A stretch of DNA of 64,000 nt from contig OX597822.1 of the NCBI GenBank assembly GCA_951406725.2, positions 42,532,001 through 42,596,000 of the forward strand, in the 5' to 3' direction. The DNA is from Octopus vulgaris. Taxonomy: Eukaryota. Of the stretch, positions 24,801 through 38,628 are shown piece by piece; the stretch's first letter is position 1; every line of letters begins with the position of its first letter. Both the position numbers and the translations under genes were made by a program. The notes beneath the pieces were generated by a model that saw nothing but the letters and a program-made list of their open reading frames with translations, did no database searches and was not told the DNA's origin.

Positions 24801-27800
24801 CACAGATCTTCAGATGATACGGGGTGGGGTTGCAAAACTGTCATGAGTTGAAGCACTTTTAATTTGTACTTTAGAGGTTAACTGGCAACATTGTATTGCA
24901 AACATATCTGATCCACTGTAACATGAAAATAAAAACCAAACCTCTCATGATGTTGATGATGATTCATATATTCTTAATTCAAGGCATATTGTTTTCTCCA
25001 GATATTTGTTGATATTTCATTGTAAAATACACCCACCACCCACCCCACACAATATGGATATTTGTCATTTGTTTTATCGTAGATGATGTTAACAATACAA
25101 AGACAAGGAAACTAGATAAAGGACCTTTCATCACACAAGATGACCCTAAAGAATCTGTTTCGAATGGCCTCTTTCAAACAATGGAAGGTTTTTATCCTCT
25201 TAAAAAAATATTCTATTTATTACCTGTATTGTCCACATAACTCTATATCACTCACATTATTTGTACATGTTGAAGACTATCAGTCACCAAACTACATGCT
25301 TTACCAATGAATGGTCAGAGTTGTAACAGTCTAAGATAAAAATGCTTTACAGTGTTTGTTCTAATCCTTAGTACTCTGAGGTTAACTTTGCTTAACACCC
25401 TTTCTGATTTGGTAAAATAAAGTACCAATCAAGTGCAGTGGATTGGTAGAACTGTAAGAAGATTGGTCAGGATGCCTTGTGATATTTGTTTTGGTTCTTT
25501 GTGCTTTTAGTTCAAATCTTACTGTGGCCTACTTGGGTGATAACCTTAATATGTCACCCAGTTTAACATTGACACCTTTTGCAGACCCATTCTGTTGTAA
25601 GTATTTGAGCCAGATATCTTGTTTTTTAGCTAGTTTGAAAATAACTTCCCTGCTCCTCTCAGTCTCAGAGGTCCTATGAACATGGGACACAGGCACTGTC
25701 TTTCTTTCTAATTAAACAATGAAAACAAAAATGTAATTTTGTGCTTCAATAATCTAAGTTCAAATGTTACTGGAGCCCACTTTACTTTTCATTCATCTAG
25801 AATTGATAAAATAATTGCCAGTGGTAGAGCTGAGTTAATTGACTCCATCACTCCTGTTGTACTACTTTGTATTATTTAGTATCACTGCTAACAGTAGGTT
25901 TACAAGATAATCTTTTCTACTCCAGGTACAAGGCATGAAATTTTTGGGGAGGGGGGTCAGTCGATTAGATCAACCCCAGTACACAACTGGTGCTTAATTT
26001 ATCAACCCTGAAAGGATGAAAGCAAAGTCGACCTCTGCAAAATTTGAACTCAGAATGTAAAGACAGACGAAATACAGGGTTTACAAAAATAATGTTGAAA
26101 TTCAACATTATGACTGAAGCTTTTCTATATTTACCTTTTAAATTGAAGCTATTTTGTTGTGTCTAGGGCAAGTCACCATACCAATATAATTAACACACAT
26201 GCTGGTTCAATCCCCCTCCCCACCACCCAGTTCATTTACTAAATAACCAATTTTATTTGTTTTTGTTATGACAAAAACAGCAAGAAATTGATATTTAATA
26301 AATCAGTGAAATTGAACCAGTGTGTGTGTGTGTTAATTATATTGGCATGATGACCCTCCCTTGATACAACAAAATTTGTTTCAACACACGAATTCACATA
26401 AAGAATGTTGCAAACCAGATAAAAAAAAATGAAGTGTGAAGCTATTGTTTCACTCTAAACAGTATTGGTGATATTCCACAGTGAGGCAGAAAACCTATTT
26501 TTAATTCTTGTAAACATATTTTCGAAACCTATTATCCTATGTTAGCATTGAATATAGATATGCACATGAAAAAAATTTCTCTCTTTGTCTATAATACCAG
26601 TGTTTTAATTTTCAGAATTGGACCAAGAACTGCAAGCATTAAGCAATCAGTGGCAGCAGGTGTTTAAGTAAGTCATAATATGTTCTATTTATTTATATTA
26701 TGTATTTTGAGAAGCATAATGTTGTTGATTATAGGTTTTCAATGAGCCATTTACTTATTGACTATATTTCTGATAGGTCTCCAGTAGATCTATCTGACTT
26801 TACAAAAGCATTGAGCAAATTGAGCAGAAGGGTCTAAGCACTGTGGTGTGCCATGTGGATTTGGTCCTTCTCCGACTGACAAGCAGTTCTAATCTCCCAT
26901 AACTAGGCTTCTAGGTAGAATCAGATGCTTTACTTAGCTGTAGTTTTGTATATAAATATATGTATATGCAAGTACATACAAGTGTATATATACACACACA
27001 CTCTCATATATACACATATAGTGGGAGAGAAGAGTGAGAGATGAGAAGCAGGGAGAGTGGTATCTACATATGCACCAGAGCAAAGTGAAGCCAGCGGCCT
27101 GGACAGTAGAGATAGAGTATAAAGGTTGAGAGATTTGAGTTTTGTAGAAGAATCATAAGTGTGATTTGTATGATAGTAAGGAAAATTGCTTTACAGGTTC
27201 AACTCTAGTTTTTGGCATTTAGGGAGATTAGTGAGCCAGTATGCCATGGGGTCACAATAACTCCCTTGCAAGAGCCTTGTCTGAAGCATGCAGCAGTAAA
27301 CTCTGCTAAAGGCACTCATGACCAGGATGTAGTTAGTGTTAAACCAAGCAGCATGATGTATGTAACCTCTTACTTTGGTGGGATTTGAACTCAGAATGTA
27401 AAGATACATAACTTAATACCAGAAGGCTGTACTGATTTTGCTGACAAACTACTACTTCTACTAATAATTATAATTTTTAATTTAAATACAAACAATAATT
27501 CTAAGGTGGGACTTAGTAAGTTAGGTTGATATCTCCTACTTAGAAAGAAATGTAAAGTTATGTAACTAAATACAAGGCATTTTCACACTTGTGCCATCTA
27601 CCACATTTTCATAATTATCCAGAATTGGTTCAAGACCCCATGTAGGGAAAGAATTGAGTCAATTTAGTACTCTGGTCCCTCCTCACCAATAGTAATAATA
27701 ATTCTTTCTACTATAGGCAGGGGCTAGTCGATTACAGCGACCCAATACTCAACTGGTACCTATTTTATCAACCCCGGAAGGATGAAAGGCAAAGTCGTCC

Positions 27801-28305
27801 TCAACAGAATTTGAACTCAGAACATAAAGCTGGAAGAAATGCTATTAAGCATTTTGTCCTGTGTGCTAATGATTCTACCAGCTTGTCACCTTAATAATCA
27901 TCCTTTCCACTATAGGCACAAGACCTGAAATTTTAAGAGAGAGGGTTAGTCAATTACTTTGACCTCCAGTGCTTAACGGGTACTTATTTTATTGACCCTG
28001 AAAGGATGAAAGGCAAAGTCGACCTCGACAGAATTTGAATTCAGAATGTAAAGAACCAGAAGAAATGTTGCTAAGTGTGCTAACGATTCTACCAACTTGT
28101 CACCAATAATACTAATTAATAACTGTTACCATTCATCTTTCTGTTTTCTTCTTGTTTCAGTGACCTTCAGAAATTTGAGAAATACTATTCAAACAGATTG
28201 GACAATCTGATTATAAAAGCTGAGAATTTGGAACATACATGGACCACAAAGAAAGAAATATTGGCTCAGAAGTTAAAATCATTATCTCAAAATTTCGAAA
28301 TCTGA
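20489..28305 (+). CDS. TEX12: TEX12-like (synaptonemal complex central element) multi-exon gene; core exons 20489-20666, 23526-23613, 25083-25187, 26616-26667, 28161-28305
   Basis: Five exons with AG/GT boundaries and matching phases give one open frame ending ...MEELDQELQALSNQWQQVFNDLQKFEKYYSNRLDNLIIKAENLEHTWTTKKEILAQKLKSLSQNFEI*. This aligns without gaps to the recalled human TEX12 C-terminal helix. Confidence 0.72.
20860..21180 (+). mobile_element. (GAT)n-tailed RTE-related repeat
   Basis: gagtggttggcattaggaagggcatccagctgtagaaac...gcgtggaaaacggacgttaaatgatgatg. Other copies at ~8110-8260, 18980-19162, 22921-23140, 40610-40843, 47688-47870, 56075-56350, 57980-58260. Confidence 0.82.
21862..22218 (+). 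mobile_element. SINE family B copy (others at ~19768-20134, 22395-22600, 37838-38190)
   Basis: Same core as 7042-7440. Confidence 0.85.
23526..23613 (+). CDS. TEX12: TEX12-like exon (ESDNFLVSQSGVSPSNSLSSMDDIPRNFY)
   Basis: ttttaaag| acceptor, G|gtaagt donor, 88 nt, phase 0-1. Confidence 0.7.
25083..25187 (+). CDS. TEX12: TEX12-like exon (DDVNNTKTRKLDKGPFITQDDPKESVSNGLFQTME)
   Basis: ttttatcgtag| acceptor, G|gttttt donor, 105 nt, phase 1-1. Confidence 0.72.
26172..26354. mobile_element. Fold-back MITE-like palindrome in a TEX12-like intron
   Basis: gtcaccataccaatataattaacacac...ctggttcaat is mirrored by attgaaccag...gtgtgttaattatattggcatgatgac. Confidence 0.75.
26616..26667 (+). CDS. TEX12: TEX12-like exon (ELDQELQALSNQWQQVF)
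   Basis: ttttcag| acceptor, AA|gtaagt donor, 52 nt, phase 1-2. Confidence 0.8.
28161..28305 (+). CDS. TEX12: TEX12-like terminal exon (NDLQKFEKYYSNRLDNLIIKAENLEHTWTTKKEILAQKLKSLSQNFEI*)
   Basis: Long polypyrimidine tract plus tttcag| acceptor, phase 2; heptad pattern; TGA at 28303-28305. Confidence 0.82.
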
Positions 28306-30296
28306 AGTAACTTTATTGGTATTTCTGATTCATTTTATGAACAATTTACCTTCATTACATTTCACTTGTTTTACATAATCATTCCTCTTTCTCTCTCTAT
28401 ATGTATACGTGTATATATTTATATACACACATACATGCAGACACATATTAGCTGGTATGGAATTTAATTAATAATTTCTAAACGGATACAAGGCCAGAAA
28501 TTTGGCAGAGTTGATTATGTTGACCTTACAATTAGACTGGTATTTAATTTTATCAATCCAGGTTAGATGAAAAGCATAGTTAACCTTGGTAGGATTTGAA
28601 CTCAGAATGTAAAGAACCAGAACAGTTTAATTTTGTCTGATGCTCTAATAATTCTGCCAATACACTACCCTTTGAAGGGTAACAGTAATGTTTTCTTCTC
28701 TAACAATATATTTCAATTGCAGACAATTTTAGCAATCTTCAATTTTAAGTCACCAATTATTTTGCTTACAATTTAAAGACAATACTGTTAGTTATGACTG
28801 TCAGGTTTGTCATTATGTTTTGGTGTTCATTAGTCTGTCAGAATAATTCATTTTGTTATATCTAATTTCAGGTTAATTAAATTACAAAATAGAAAATCAA
28901 AACCTGGCTACTCAGTACATATTCATCCCAAATATTCTACCTATTTTATGTTCAAATTGGCCAGATCCAGCCTCTCACATCAACCCTACAATGTCATTCT
29001 AAAAATTAAGTTACCTCATCAACATCTCAGTGCTACAAGATAATGCATGATAAGTCTAAAACAATGTGAATAAATAAGCATCACATTTGACAGAGTATTC
29101 TGAATGCTAAAAGGTTAAACATCAGAGCAGTGGAATGGTAGTTGTTATAGAATTATTTAGTGACATTGTTTTAGGCTTTGAGTTTATATCCTCCTGAGGT
29201 TGTTGAGAAGTGTGGGTGGAATCAAAATACTGGTCACTTTAGACAACCAAATCCTCTCAACAAAGTTTGTAGCCTTGATCTCATGTCAAAGTATTATTGA
29301 AAGTAGCAAGTTGCAGAAACATTGAAGTGTTAAAAAAAAATCCCCCCAATAAACCCCTGCATTACAGCAATTGCTCCAAGTTCAATGCTGTTTTCGTCCT
29401 TTTGGGGGTCAATAAAATAACATACCAGTCAAGCACTAAGATTGATAAAATTCATCAACTTTCTGCTCTATTATAACTACTAGTATTTAGGTGGCAAGCT
29501 GGCAGAACCATGAGCATACCAGGGGAAATGCTTAGTGGTATTTCGTTTGCCACTACGTTACGAGTTCAAATTTTGCCAAGGTTGACTTTGCTTTTCATCC
29601 TTTCAGGGTCAATAAATTGAGTACTAGTTACACACTGGGGTCGATGTTCAGGCCTTGTGCCTATAGTAGAAAGGATTATTACTACTAGCATATATATTAC
29701 TAGCAGTTTTTTTATTGTTCTTCTTGATGTTATGTCTTGGTAGATGGCTTCAAGAACATGTTGATGTGATAATATCTGCCTTCTCAAGTTTATTTAGATT
29801 TAAATCATTCTATCCAGCTTCTGTTCCTCTGTCCTTGAACATAGTTGCTATTTACATGGAAAATAAAGTACCCAGTCTTTGGACAGCTGTGCTTACTCAA
29901 TCATTGTCAATAATCAAGACAGCACTATATTCTCAGTTCAACACCAATTTTTGCTTCTTGGACCCTTAAAGATAGCCAGTAGTGTAGTTGAAAGTTCAAT
30001 TAATCTTCCTTTCATTTATCTCAGCAGAACCCTTTTTATGTTGAGTCATTACTTAGACACTCTAACCATCAGCATATTCAAACACACACTTACATATATT
30101 CATTCTAATGTTCTCTATAATACTTTACAAAGTCTGATCATATAAATAGCCTTACAATAATTATTTACAGTTATATATTAACTTTCTCAGACTCGGGGCC
30201 CCTGTGTCTAACTTTACCCCCCATCTGGGCTCCTGAGCAAAAAAAAATATATAATTGCATCATATAAAACTCGAGTAATGATTGCAGATATGTCAG

Positions 30297-30960
30297 GTCA
30301 CTTTCGATTGCTACTGGTAACATGTAACCCAGTACAACCTGTTGCATGGTTGGACCGTCGGCGATTAAACTGGCAACCCCACCAAGCTTGCTTGTTGAGG
30401 AGGGTGTTTATTGGACACCCTGCGGGATGAAAAACAAAACCCGTCAAAGGGCGGAGGAACTCTTGAGAGTCAACGGCCATCCAATAAATGTGTATTTTCT
30501 TTTTAAGGCTTAAGGCCGTATCATGTGCGGGGACATAAAAATAATCGGACTGAATACCCGATTAAACCATTGGAAGTGAAGGACTCCTAGCCTTTGTTAG
30601 GGCATCCTTCTAGGAGAAGGTAACTAGGATAACTCAGACATAAAACCTGCGGCTCAGTGGTTACCGATGATGTTGACTTGTTCTTCTTTTCAGATTATGG
30701 CTGCTGTTGCTTAGTGAGTGGGATTGACTCAGTGCACAGCCTTTCCTCACTTTAAAAAAAATCTTCTTGCACAGGCATTGCACGATAGCAACATTGTTCA
30801 TGATTGTTGATGGTGCTGTGAGTCTCACCTGAATAGCTGGCTGTAGCCTTAAAAAGCAAATAGAAGTCACATTCGATCACAGCACCAATAACAGTTAAGC
30901 TTCATGCAATGGCCATACTCGATAACGAGGGGGCAGCCATCAATGATTGCAGGCAAACTA
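30297..30960 (+). mobile_element. Interspersed repeat, probably an RTE-type LINE 5' region
   Basis: GC-richer island containing gggcatccttctaggagaaggtaact, a motif resembling RTE 5' UTRs. Confidence 0.45.
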
Positions 30961-32079
30961 ATGGACAGAATCAGATGCAACTTTTCCTACATCTGTTGTT
31001 CATTACTGCATTACCAGGAATTCAGTAGAGATGGTGTTTAACAGTCATTCTATGGCAAGAACAAAGAATGACAGAGTTAACAGCTAACATTCAAATCTAA
31101 ATGATATTGGACACTAGTTTTGAGACCAACAAATCCAGTTACAAAACTCAAGCCACTATCTTACCAATTATACTCAGAATACTTGACATTCCGATTTTCA
31201 TAAATTAGATGCTATAATGTCTAGAGTAGACAGCAATAATGTCATTTATCAGTGTTATAATCTCCTTCATTTTCAGTCAGTCTGTGTTAAATCTACAATG
31301 TGCAAGTACACACATGAGTGTTTTAGTGAAATGTCTTAAATGTGCCAGAGAGACAAAAAACTAAAACCTGTAGCAATAGTTCAGAGCTGACCGAACAAAG
31401 TGTATTGTCTCTAAACACTCTTGATACAGTTCTTGAGCTGATGGTTCAAGATACACTCATAATCTCTAGATTTTGTCAAAGAAGATGGGAGATGAAAATG
31501 AATCAGTGATGTGAAAAGCTTCAACTGAGAATGGAAAATGAAATTATGAATTAAGCCCACCATCTACATTATATAGTTCATTACAAATAAGCCATATGTA
31601 AAAGTGTATCAATTCACACACACAGTCAAAAAAGATATCCACTTGGTTTGAATATGTAAGGAATTTAACTACAGTTTAGATACAAAAAGGCAAGGTGAAC
31701 TAAGACTCATCTGAAGCTCAGTATTGGAGTGATGTTAACTCAGTACTGAAACTTACCAAATTATTTTGTTAATTTTCTTTTCTTTTTTTAACAATGCTTC
31801 CACTGTTTACAGCAATGGAATTGTTTCTGTGATGGTGCCCATTTACAGCTAGGTGGACTGGTGGGTCATCTGAGAGGTAGCTATCATGGCTGTGAAAAGA
31901 ATACAATGTTGGTGACATAATATAATGTGTTGACCTTTCGGTTGTTGGCTACCCTAATCACAACCATATTTTACACTTTCAACAAACACAATAAGTCAAA
32001 GTTGTAAATATTCAAAGAGAAAATCAGACATCTGATCAAAAATAGGCATATATAAAGAAAAACCAAGCGAACTGGTAGT

Positions 32080-35000
32080 GTTGTTTATGTCACATTTTAT
32101 TCTTTCAACAAAGAAAATCGCAGTTATATGGGGAATGGGGTGGGAGTAAGGACAAAATAATTATTATTTGGGGAAAAAAAAAAGGGTGAAGTAACGTTTG
32201 TTTGAAATGTTCCCCTTAGTCTCCGCTTTACTATTAATAATAAACTATGAATATTTTTTTTTTTTTTTTGAGTAGATGAAAAATTCCGACAATGTATTTA
32301 TGTTTGACAGCCAAGATCATAGAAGAACTGTGATTGACTGGACATGTCAAACTGGAATGAACGGCTCTCCAAGAGAGAAGAAGACCATTGATTGACAACA
32401 GATGACAGACTGTCCACGATTCCCACCCCTCCTTTAAAAAAAAAGAGAAAAAAGAATTTTTGATATCCAAAAGTTGGGAAAGTAGTTTTGTTCTGTTTCT
32501 TAGATTTGTTTTTAAATAGACTTTTGATAAGTTCCATCAGAGTTTTTAAAAAAAAAGAAAAAAACCAATGAAATCCCTAAGTTTAACCTTTCGGCAAACA
32601 GGTTTTTTAAAAAAAAAAGATTTGAATATCTTCAGTCATTGACAGTCAATTGGTTTTCTTTTAATATGAGGGATTCACAGCAATATTTTAAGATAACCCT
32701 CCCCAAAATCTGCAAATTTGTTTTTTAAAAAAGTATCCCGAAAAAAAAAAAAAATGAAACAAAAAAATTAAAAATTTTATATCACATGACACATGGCCTC
32801 CTGAAAAGTATTCTACATACGTAGTATGTGTATGTTTGCCGAGTGGGGTGAGAAGGAAGAATATAGATGTAATGGCACATGACAGTAAGAACCATTGTTC
32901 TGTATATACCAATAGGACAATGTCCTAGCTATATCAAGGAGGTTTTGAACTCTTAGCACAGACCTTCAATACAGTGTGTATGTGTGTACCCACCGAACAT
33001 TGTTCCAGGAGGCCATTTAAACTCAGTAGTGTTTTCACCGTTGTTAACATATGAGACTGTTAGTTGTACCACAACTTTGTGTCTGGTACAACTGACAGTC
33101 AATCACATAAATAGCTGTTGAACAGGCAGAAAGCAGTGACAAATGTAGCAACACAAGGCCCAGCTGACACAGCAAAAAATGTCCCTGTGATACCAACTAG
33201 AAGCTAGTTTCTTTGAATAGACAGCAATGACAATGGATGAGAGGGAACAGATACTTAGCAAAGGAATGGGCAACGAGAGTTGAGGTGGTGGATATGGTGG
33301 GAGGAGAGAGAAAGGAATGACTCTAGACCTCCCCAGCAATAAAATCAAGCATTCTCTATCACAGGTTTTATTTTTCCAGGTATCTGGGGAGGAAGGCATT
33401 TAAAATTATATTTTATACTTTTAATTAAATTTTGTATTACCACTGAGATATATATATTTTTAATCACCAGCTTCAGTAAGCAGGGAAAGGGGACATGTTT
33501 TTCAGTTTTGTTATTGATGTAGTTGTCGGCAGTTATTCAATTATTATATATGGATGACATATATACAACATACATATACAAATTTATGGGAGGTGAAGGA
33601 GATATTGGAGCTAAAATCCTTATTCACTGGGTCAATAAATAATTGCAGAAGTTCCACATCCCATAATTATGCACACCTAAAAACAGTATAAAAGGTATTT
33701 TTCTTCTTTGCTAGCTCTGGATGAAGGGTCAGTACTCATGGCCTGCCCCCACAGGCACTCTGAGTCATTTGAGATTGATGCTGTTAACATTCCACATAGA
33801 CTGCAGGAAAGACATGTGCGTTCTGGGGAGGAAAGACTGGACACAGTGTCAAGTGTGGGAGTGATAAGAGGAGAGATGAGTTAGTAGAGTGTTAGAGTGG
33901 TGGTAGCATGAGACCAGCCAAATCCAAAGAGCAGAGATTACTGTAGAAGCAGTGGTAGAAAGTGAGAGAGAAAGAAAGACACACACACACAGATGGCATG
34001 TCTGTGGGCTTGAGGTTGGAGCATATCTGTGAGTGACTTCATAATTCAGTCAAATGCTCTAGGATATCTGCATCTCTAATAATGACATCCTCACAGATAT
34101 AGCAGTACTCCATTGTGAGTCTCACCTAAGGTTCAATAATTGTTGACAGCTTAAATATAAAGTGAAAAACCAAAGGTAAAGGTCTTCTTCTCCAACTGTG
34201 GTGCTAGATTTGTAACATGAAGCAAATGAGATAAATCTTAACCTGGACAATATACCTATTCCTATTGACAGTTTGATGGTAGGGGTTTAGCAGCCACAGT
34301 TATCTTTAAGTGAGTAGACTTCTCAAAAACAGTCCAGCTGTAGCATTCTGTCTGTTTTTAAAACATAATATACCAAGGACTGCATTATCTTATATAGACA
34401 TCTAATTTGATGTGTAGAGAATGATTTGTGGGAAAATGTGGCTGGTATTTATAGCAAGTTTAATCTCCATGTATAAGCTCCTTTCTTTAGGTAGGTGTGA
34501 AGAGTGGTAATGTAGAAGTGTTTAGAAACCTACTGAAACACTTCAATTGGATTTCAATTCACTATGGTCTGGTAGTTCTGTACCTTATCTATTCAGCCAG
34601 CTGAAGTTTTTTAAGTATTATGTAAGATGTAGTAAATATCCCTTGGTCAGGACACCAATGTTTGGAAAGTAACATTCAAATGACAACAGCTTAAGTGAAC
34701 TATGTAGAATATTGTGAAGTTTGTGAAGAAGCAATGGAAAGAAAAAAATAAAATAAAATCCCTGCAGCAGACGTGAACCAAAGAGCCACAAGTTTGTATC
34801 ACAGTACTCTAAGTCATCACAATGGAGCTTGCAGCCTTTACCAAGGGGAGACAACCTTACATTCTCTAGATCCTAGATGTGTTCTTGATGAATTGGGTGC
34901 TGCAAGCAGTTGAAACATTCTCCAATATTACTGTGTTCCAGCTGCCTCATGACACAATAGACTATACACATTGTTAACAGTTACATGAGTTGGCTATGGA

Positions 35001-36322
35001 CACAATGCAAGAGAAACGGTAGGATATAAACTGCTAGCTCTTTTTGGATGGTTGTCCCTGTACCACTGTCAACTTGGGCCATCAGTATTCTCAATGAGGA
35101 AATACCGCTGTTCAAATAAATACTTATTAAACCATATTTTCAGCTAAATTATCTAAGAACACCCACTTCCTTCCACCAATAATACACATCACAACATCCA
35201 CTTAAACAGTAGATTCAATGAGGTCCCATATGAACAAACTCACACATAAATATATCTACATACTTATAAAAACCTACATACACACATACACAAAAATTAT
35301 GGCTACCTCTCTTTCTCTTGCTTTATATTTAAACATTCATTAATGTGTATCCTATGTATACATATATACAATTGCATAAACTTGTATATATTGTTATGCA
35401 TATTTGTGCACACAAAGCTGCAACCTTGCATCTTATACTAGCTTTAATCTGGGGAGAGAAAAAAAAACAAAAACTCCCATGTGTTGTGGCTCTTATCCCA
35501 TATTTCCTGCTCTAGCAGTAAAGAGGAACAACACATGATTGGTGTGAATGTAAAGGTTAGTTAGGGCGAGAACCATGTATATATCTGCACCAGACATGGC
35601 TGCTTTATTATAAAAGAGTTCCTGAAGACAGAAAGCAGTATAAGTTACATAGTGTTATTGAGGTAGTGTCTGTGTGAGTATGGATCTATATTATTATTAT
35701 TATTATTATTATATATATGCTAATTTCAAACAATGAAAATGAGTGCACAACACTGCATTGGTGGACAAATATTCATTATTTGTGGGTTAATAACTATTAG
35801 TCTTCTTAACCCACAAATAAAGTATATGTATATATGTGTATGCATACACATGTACATACACACACACACACCCCACTATGGTATCATCCTTAGTTATTAA
35901 TCACCACTGAAACATAAATGTTAGAAGAGGAAGTAATAAGATGTGGGTAGGGAAGATTTCTCTTATGTTCAGTGCAACTGGAACTCTCCCTCTCTCTCAT
36001 TTTCCATTTGGTAAAGGGCACTGTTGTTGTTATTGCTGCTGCCACTTCTTATTGACAATGTAGTTCTTGTTAACAATAGGGATTCACTAACAGCAGTTTT
36101 ATTTCATTTTAGTATCCATCTGTTTAAAATTGAGGCAAAAATTATAACAAAATGTGGGGCAAGGAAGTGCAAGGATATTGTTGTTATTGTTGGTGTTGAG
36201 ATGAACACAAAGAGTAGATTTTTAATCCCCCCAAAAAGGAAAAAAAATGAGACCCCCACCCCACCCACTCCAGGAAAAAATTGCAGATTTAGAAGAAAAA
36301 AAAAAAAAAAAGAAATGATTGG
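32080..36322 (-). other. Probable long 3' UTR of the ANKRD28-like gene
   Basis: Relatively SINE-poor stretch with many U-runs on the minus strand; AATAAA on minus at 32101-32096 followed by a U-rich downstream element. Confidence 0.45.
33690..33950 (-). mobile_element. CR1/L2-like LINE 3' fragment
   Basis: Minus translation FYSNLCSLDLAGLMLPP..., related to 52660-52955. Confidence 0.5.
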
Positions 36323-36420
36323 TCAGTAGAACTCAGAGTCCGAACTTTGGTAGGATTGATCTCGTCCATCATTTAGCATCTCTCCAAGGCTGTCGGCGCT
36401 ACCAGCAGTCCTTGGAAGCA
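36323..36420 (-). CDS. ANKRD28: ANKRD28-like terminal coding exon: [32 protein letters not shown]
   Basis: CT-rich tract plus ctctag| acceptor; phase 1 matches the preceding exon; C-terminal SDSEFY resembles vertebrate ANKRD28 SDSETY (recalled). Confidence 0.88.
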
Positions 36421-38597
36421 CTAGAGTTTGCAAAGAGAGAGAGAGAAAGTGATAATTAGATTAGATATTAAATATTTCAACATTCATTGCAGAATCAAAT
36501 ATCAAAATAGTTAAGGAAGAGATAAAAACAACAAACAAATTTATAATAATGATCTCCCCACCTCAGTTTACTTGAGTTGGAGGTGACTGGGTAAATAGAT
36601 CTCCTGTTATGGCAGGCAGCCTGCAGCAAAAAATGCTTGTAATGGATCAGTTCCTGCCACATCACAAGAAAATCAACAACTAATTTAAGACACAAACCTC
36701 AATTTTTGAGAGCAGGTTGTAATTGATTAAAGTTGACCTTGGGTTTTAAACTCAGACTGTATGACTAAACACCACAAGGTATTTTCACCAGTGCTCTACC
36801 AGTTCTGCCATAAGGTTGATTGAAACAATCACCAATAAGTATCTGGAATTTATTGACTCTTGATAGAAGAAAATGTTTTCTTGTTTGGTTATTTTAAAAT
36901 AGCCTGACTGCAATTTAAGAATATTGTCTGATGTAAGTTATAATATTACTGATGTAAAGCTTAGAACAATTATGGCACAGATTGAAGAGTTTGGTTTAGC
37001 CACCATGGCTAAGGCCAAGCTAGAGCCCTGTCTGAAAATCAACAACCAGACAACCCTTCTACCCAGATTTCACTTTTGAGGGGAGAAGTTTTATTGAAAG
37101 TCATGCAACAATCCATTAAAAAAAAACAACAGAAAAACAAAAATGTAACAAGCAAAGAAAATAGAATTAAAAAAAAGAAAAACATCTAACAAATCAAACA
37201 AGACATTTACTGCAACAATCCAGGTAAATATTTGAAATTGCAGAACTATTCAACCCATTATTAACGCAGGCAGACTAATAAAACATGCCAAACCACATTT
37301 GTTTCCTGTTGCAGTGTGTGTGCATGTGTGTTTAGAGTGGGAGGGAAATCAGAATATGAATCAACTACACAAATTTCATAGCATTTAATCACTTGAAGTA
37401 GGGCAGGAGTGGTTGTGTTAAATTTGAAATTAATCTAAGCCTGAGAAGTTCTTGTGTAACATCAAACAACCTCCATATCAGAATTTGAACCAGAACCTAG
37501 AGCTGCAAACTAGCACAGGACATTTACACAATACAGCATCTTTCCATAGTATCTATTTACAGCTAAAAGGACTGGGTCATTGGTCTGTATTTTCCCCTCA
37601 CAGCCAGTTGGATTGAGGTAGGTCTATTCCATAATCTTGGTCATTGCCATTAGTCATCTATCTTGCATGAAGGGCATGGGAGGTAACTCAAATATTTGAT
37701 GTTGAGTCTTACATTCCAATATTGAAGCTGTAACAGATGTGTATGTGTTTGGTGTGTACGTAGTGTGTACAGGACACACTTTGAATGTACACACATCATG
37801 TGTATACAGTGTCAAACAATCGTCACCATTGTTTTAATCTCTTTACTCTTTTACTCATTTCAGTCATTTGACTGCGGCCATGCTGGAGCACTGCCTTTAG
37901 TTGAGCAAATCGACCCCAGTTCTTATTCTTTGTAAGCCTAGTACTTATTCTATTGGTCTCTTTTGCCGAACCGCTAAGTTATGGGGCAGTTGTCAAGCGA
38001 TGTTGGGGGGGACAAAAACAGACACACATATATATATACGATGGGCTTCTTTCAGTTTCTGGCTACAAAATTCACTCACAAGGTTTTGGTCAACCTGAGG
38101 CTATAGTAGAACACACTTGCCCAAAGTGCCATGCAGTGGGACTGAACCTGGAACCGTGTGGTTCGTAAGCAAGCTACTTACCACACAACCAACAAATGAA
38201 ACTTCTTGAGGCAGTCTTTCTGCAGCCAGATACCCTAGCTCTCAACCATAACTTGTTGCCAAGTAAAGTATTGATTCTCCCAATCATTCAAACAATGAAC
38301 AACTCAATGGCCACACTTCCTCAGTAGATGTAAACAAAGACAACACTGTATAGACAGGGTCACTGATTTTTGTGAAATGTGCAAGCATCAAGACAACAGA
38401 ATGACAAGCACACAGATACACATATATATATATATGACAGGCTTCCTACAGTTTCCATTTGCTGATTCCACTGACGGGCCATAAGTCAGACTAAGCCATA
38501 GAAGACATCTGCCCACAGCATCATACAATAGGAATGATTTTGAAGCCATGTAATTGTTAAGTGAAAACTTAACCATATGACTAAGGATGTGCTTGTG

Positions 38598-38628
<31 letters not shown>

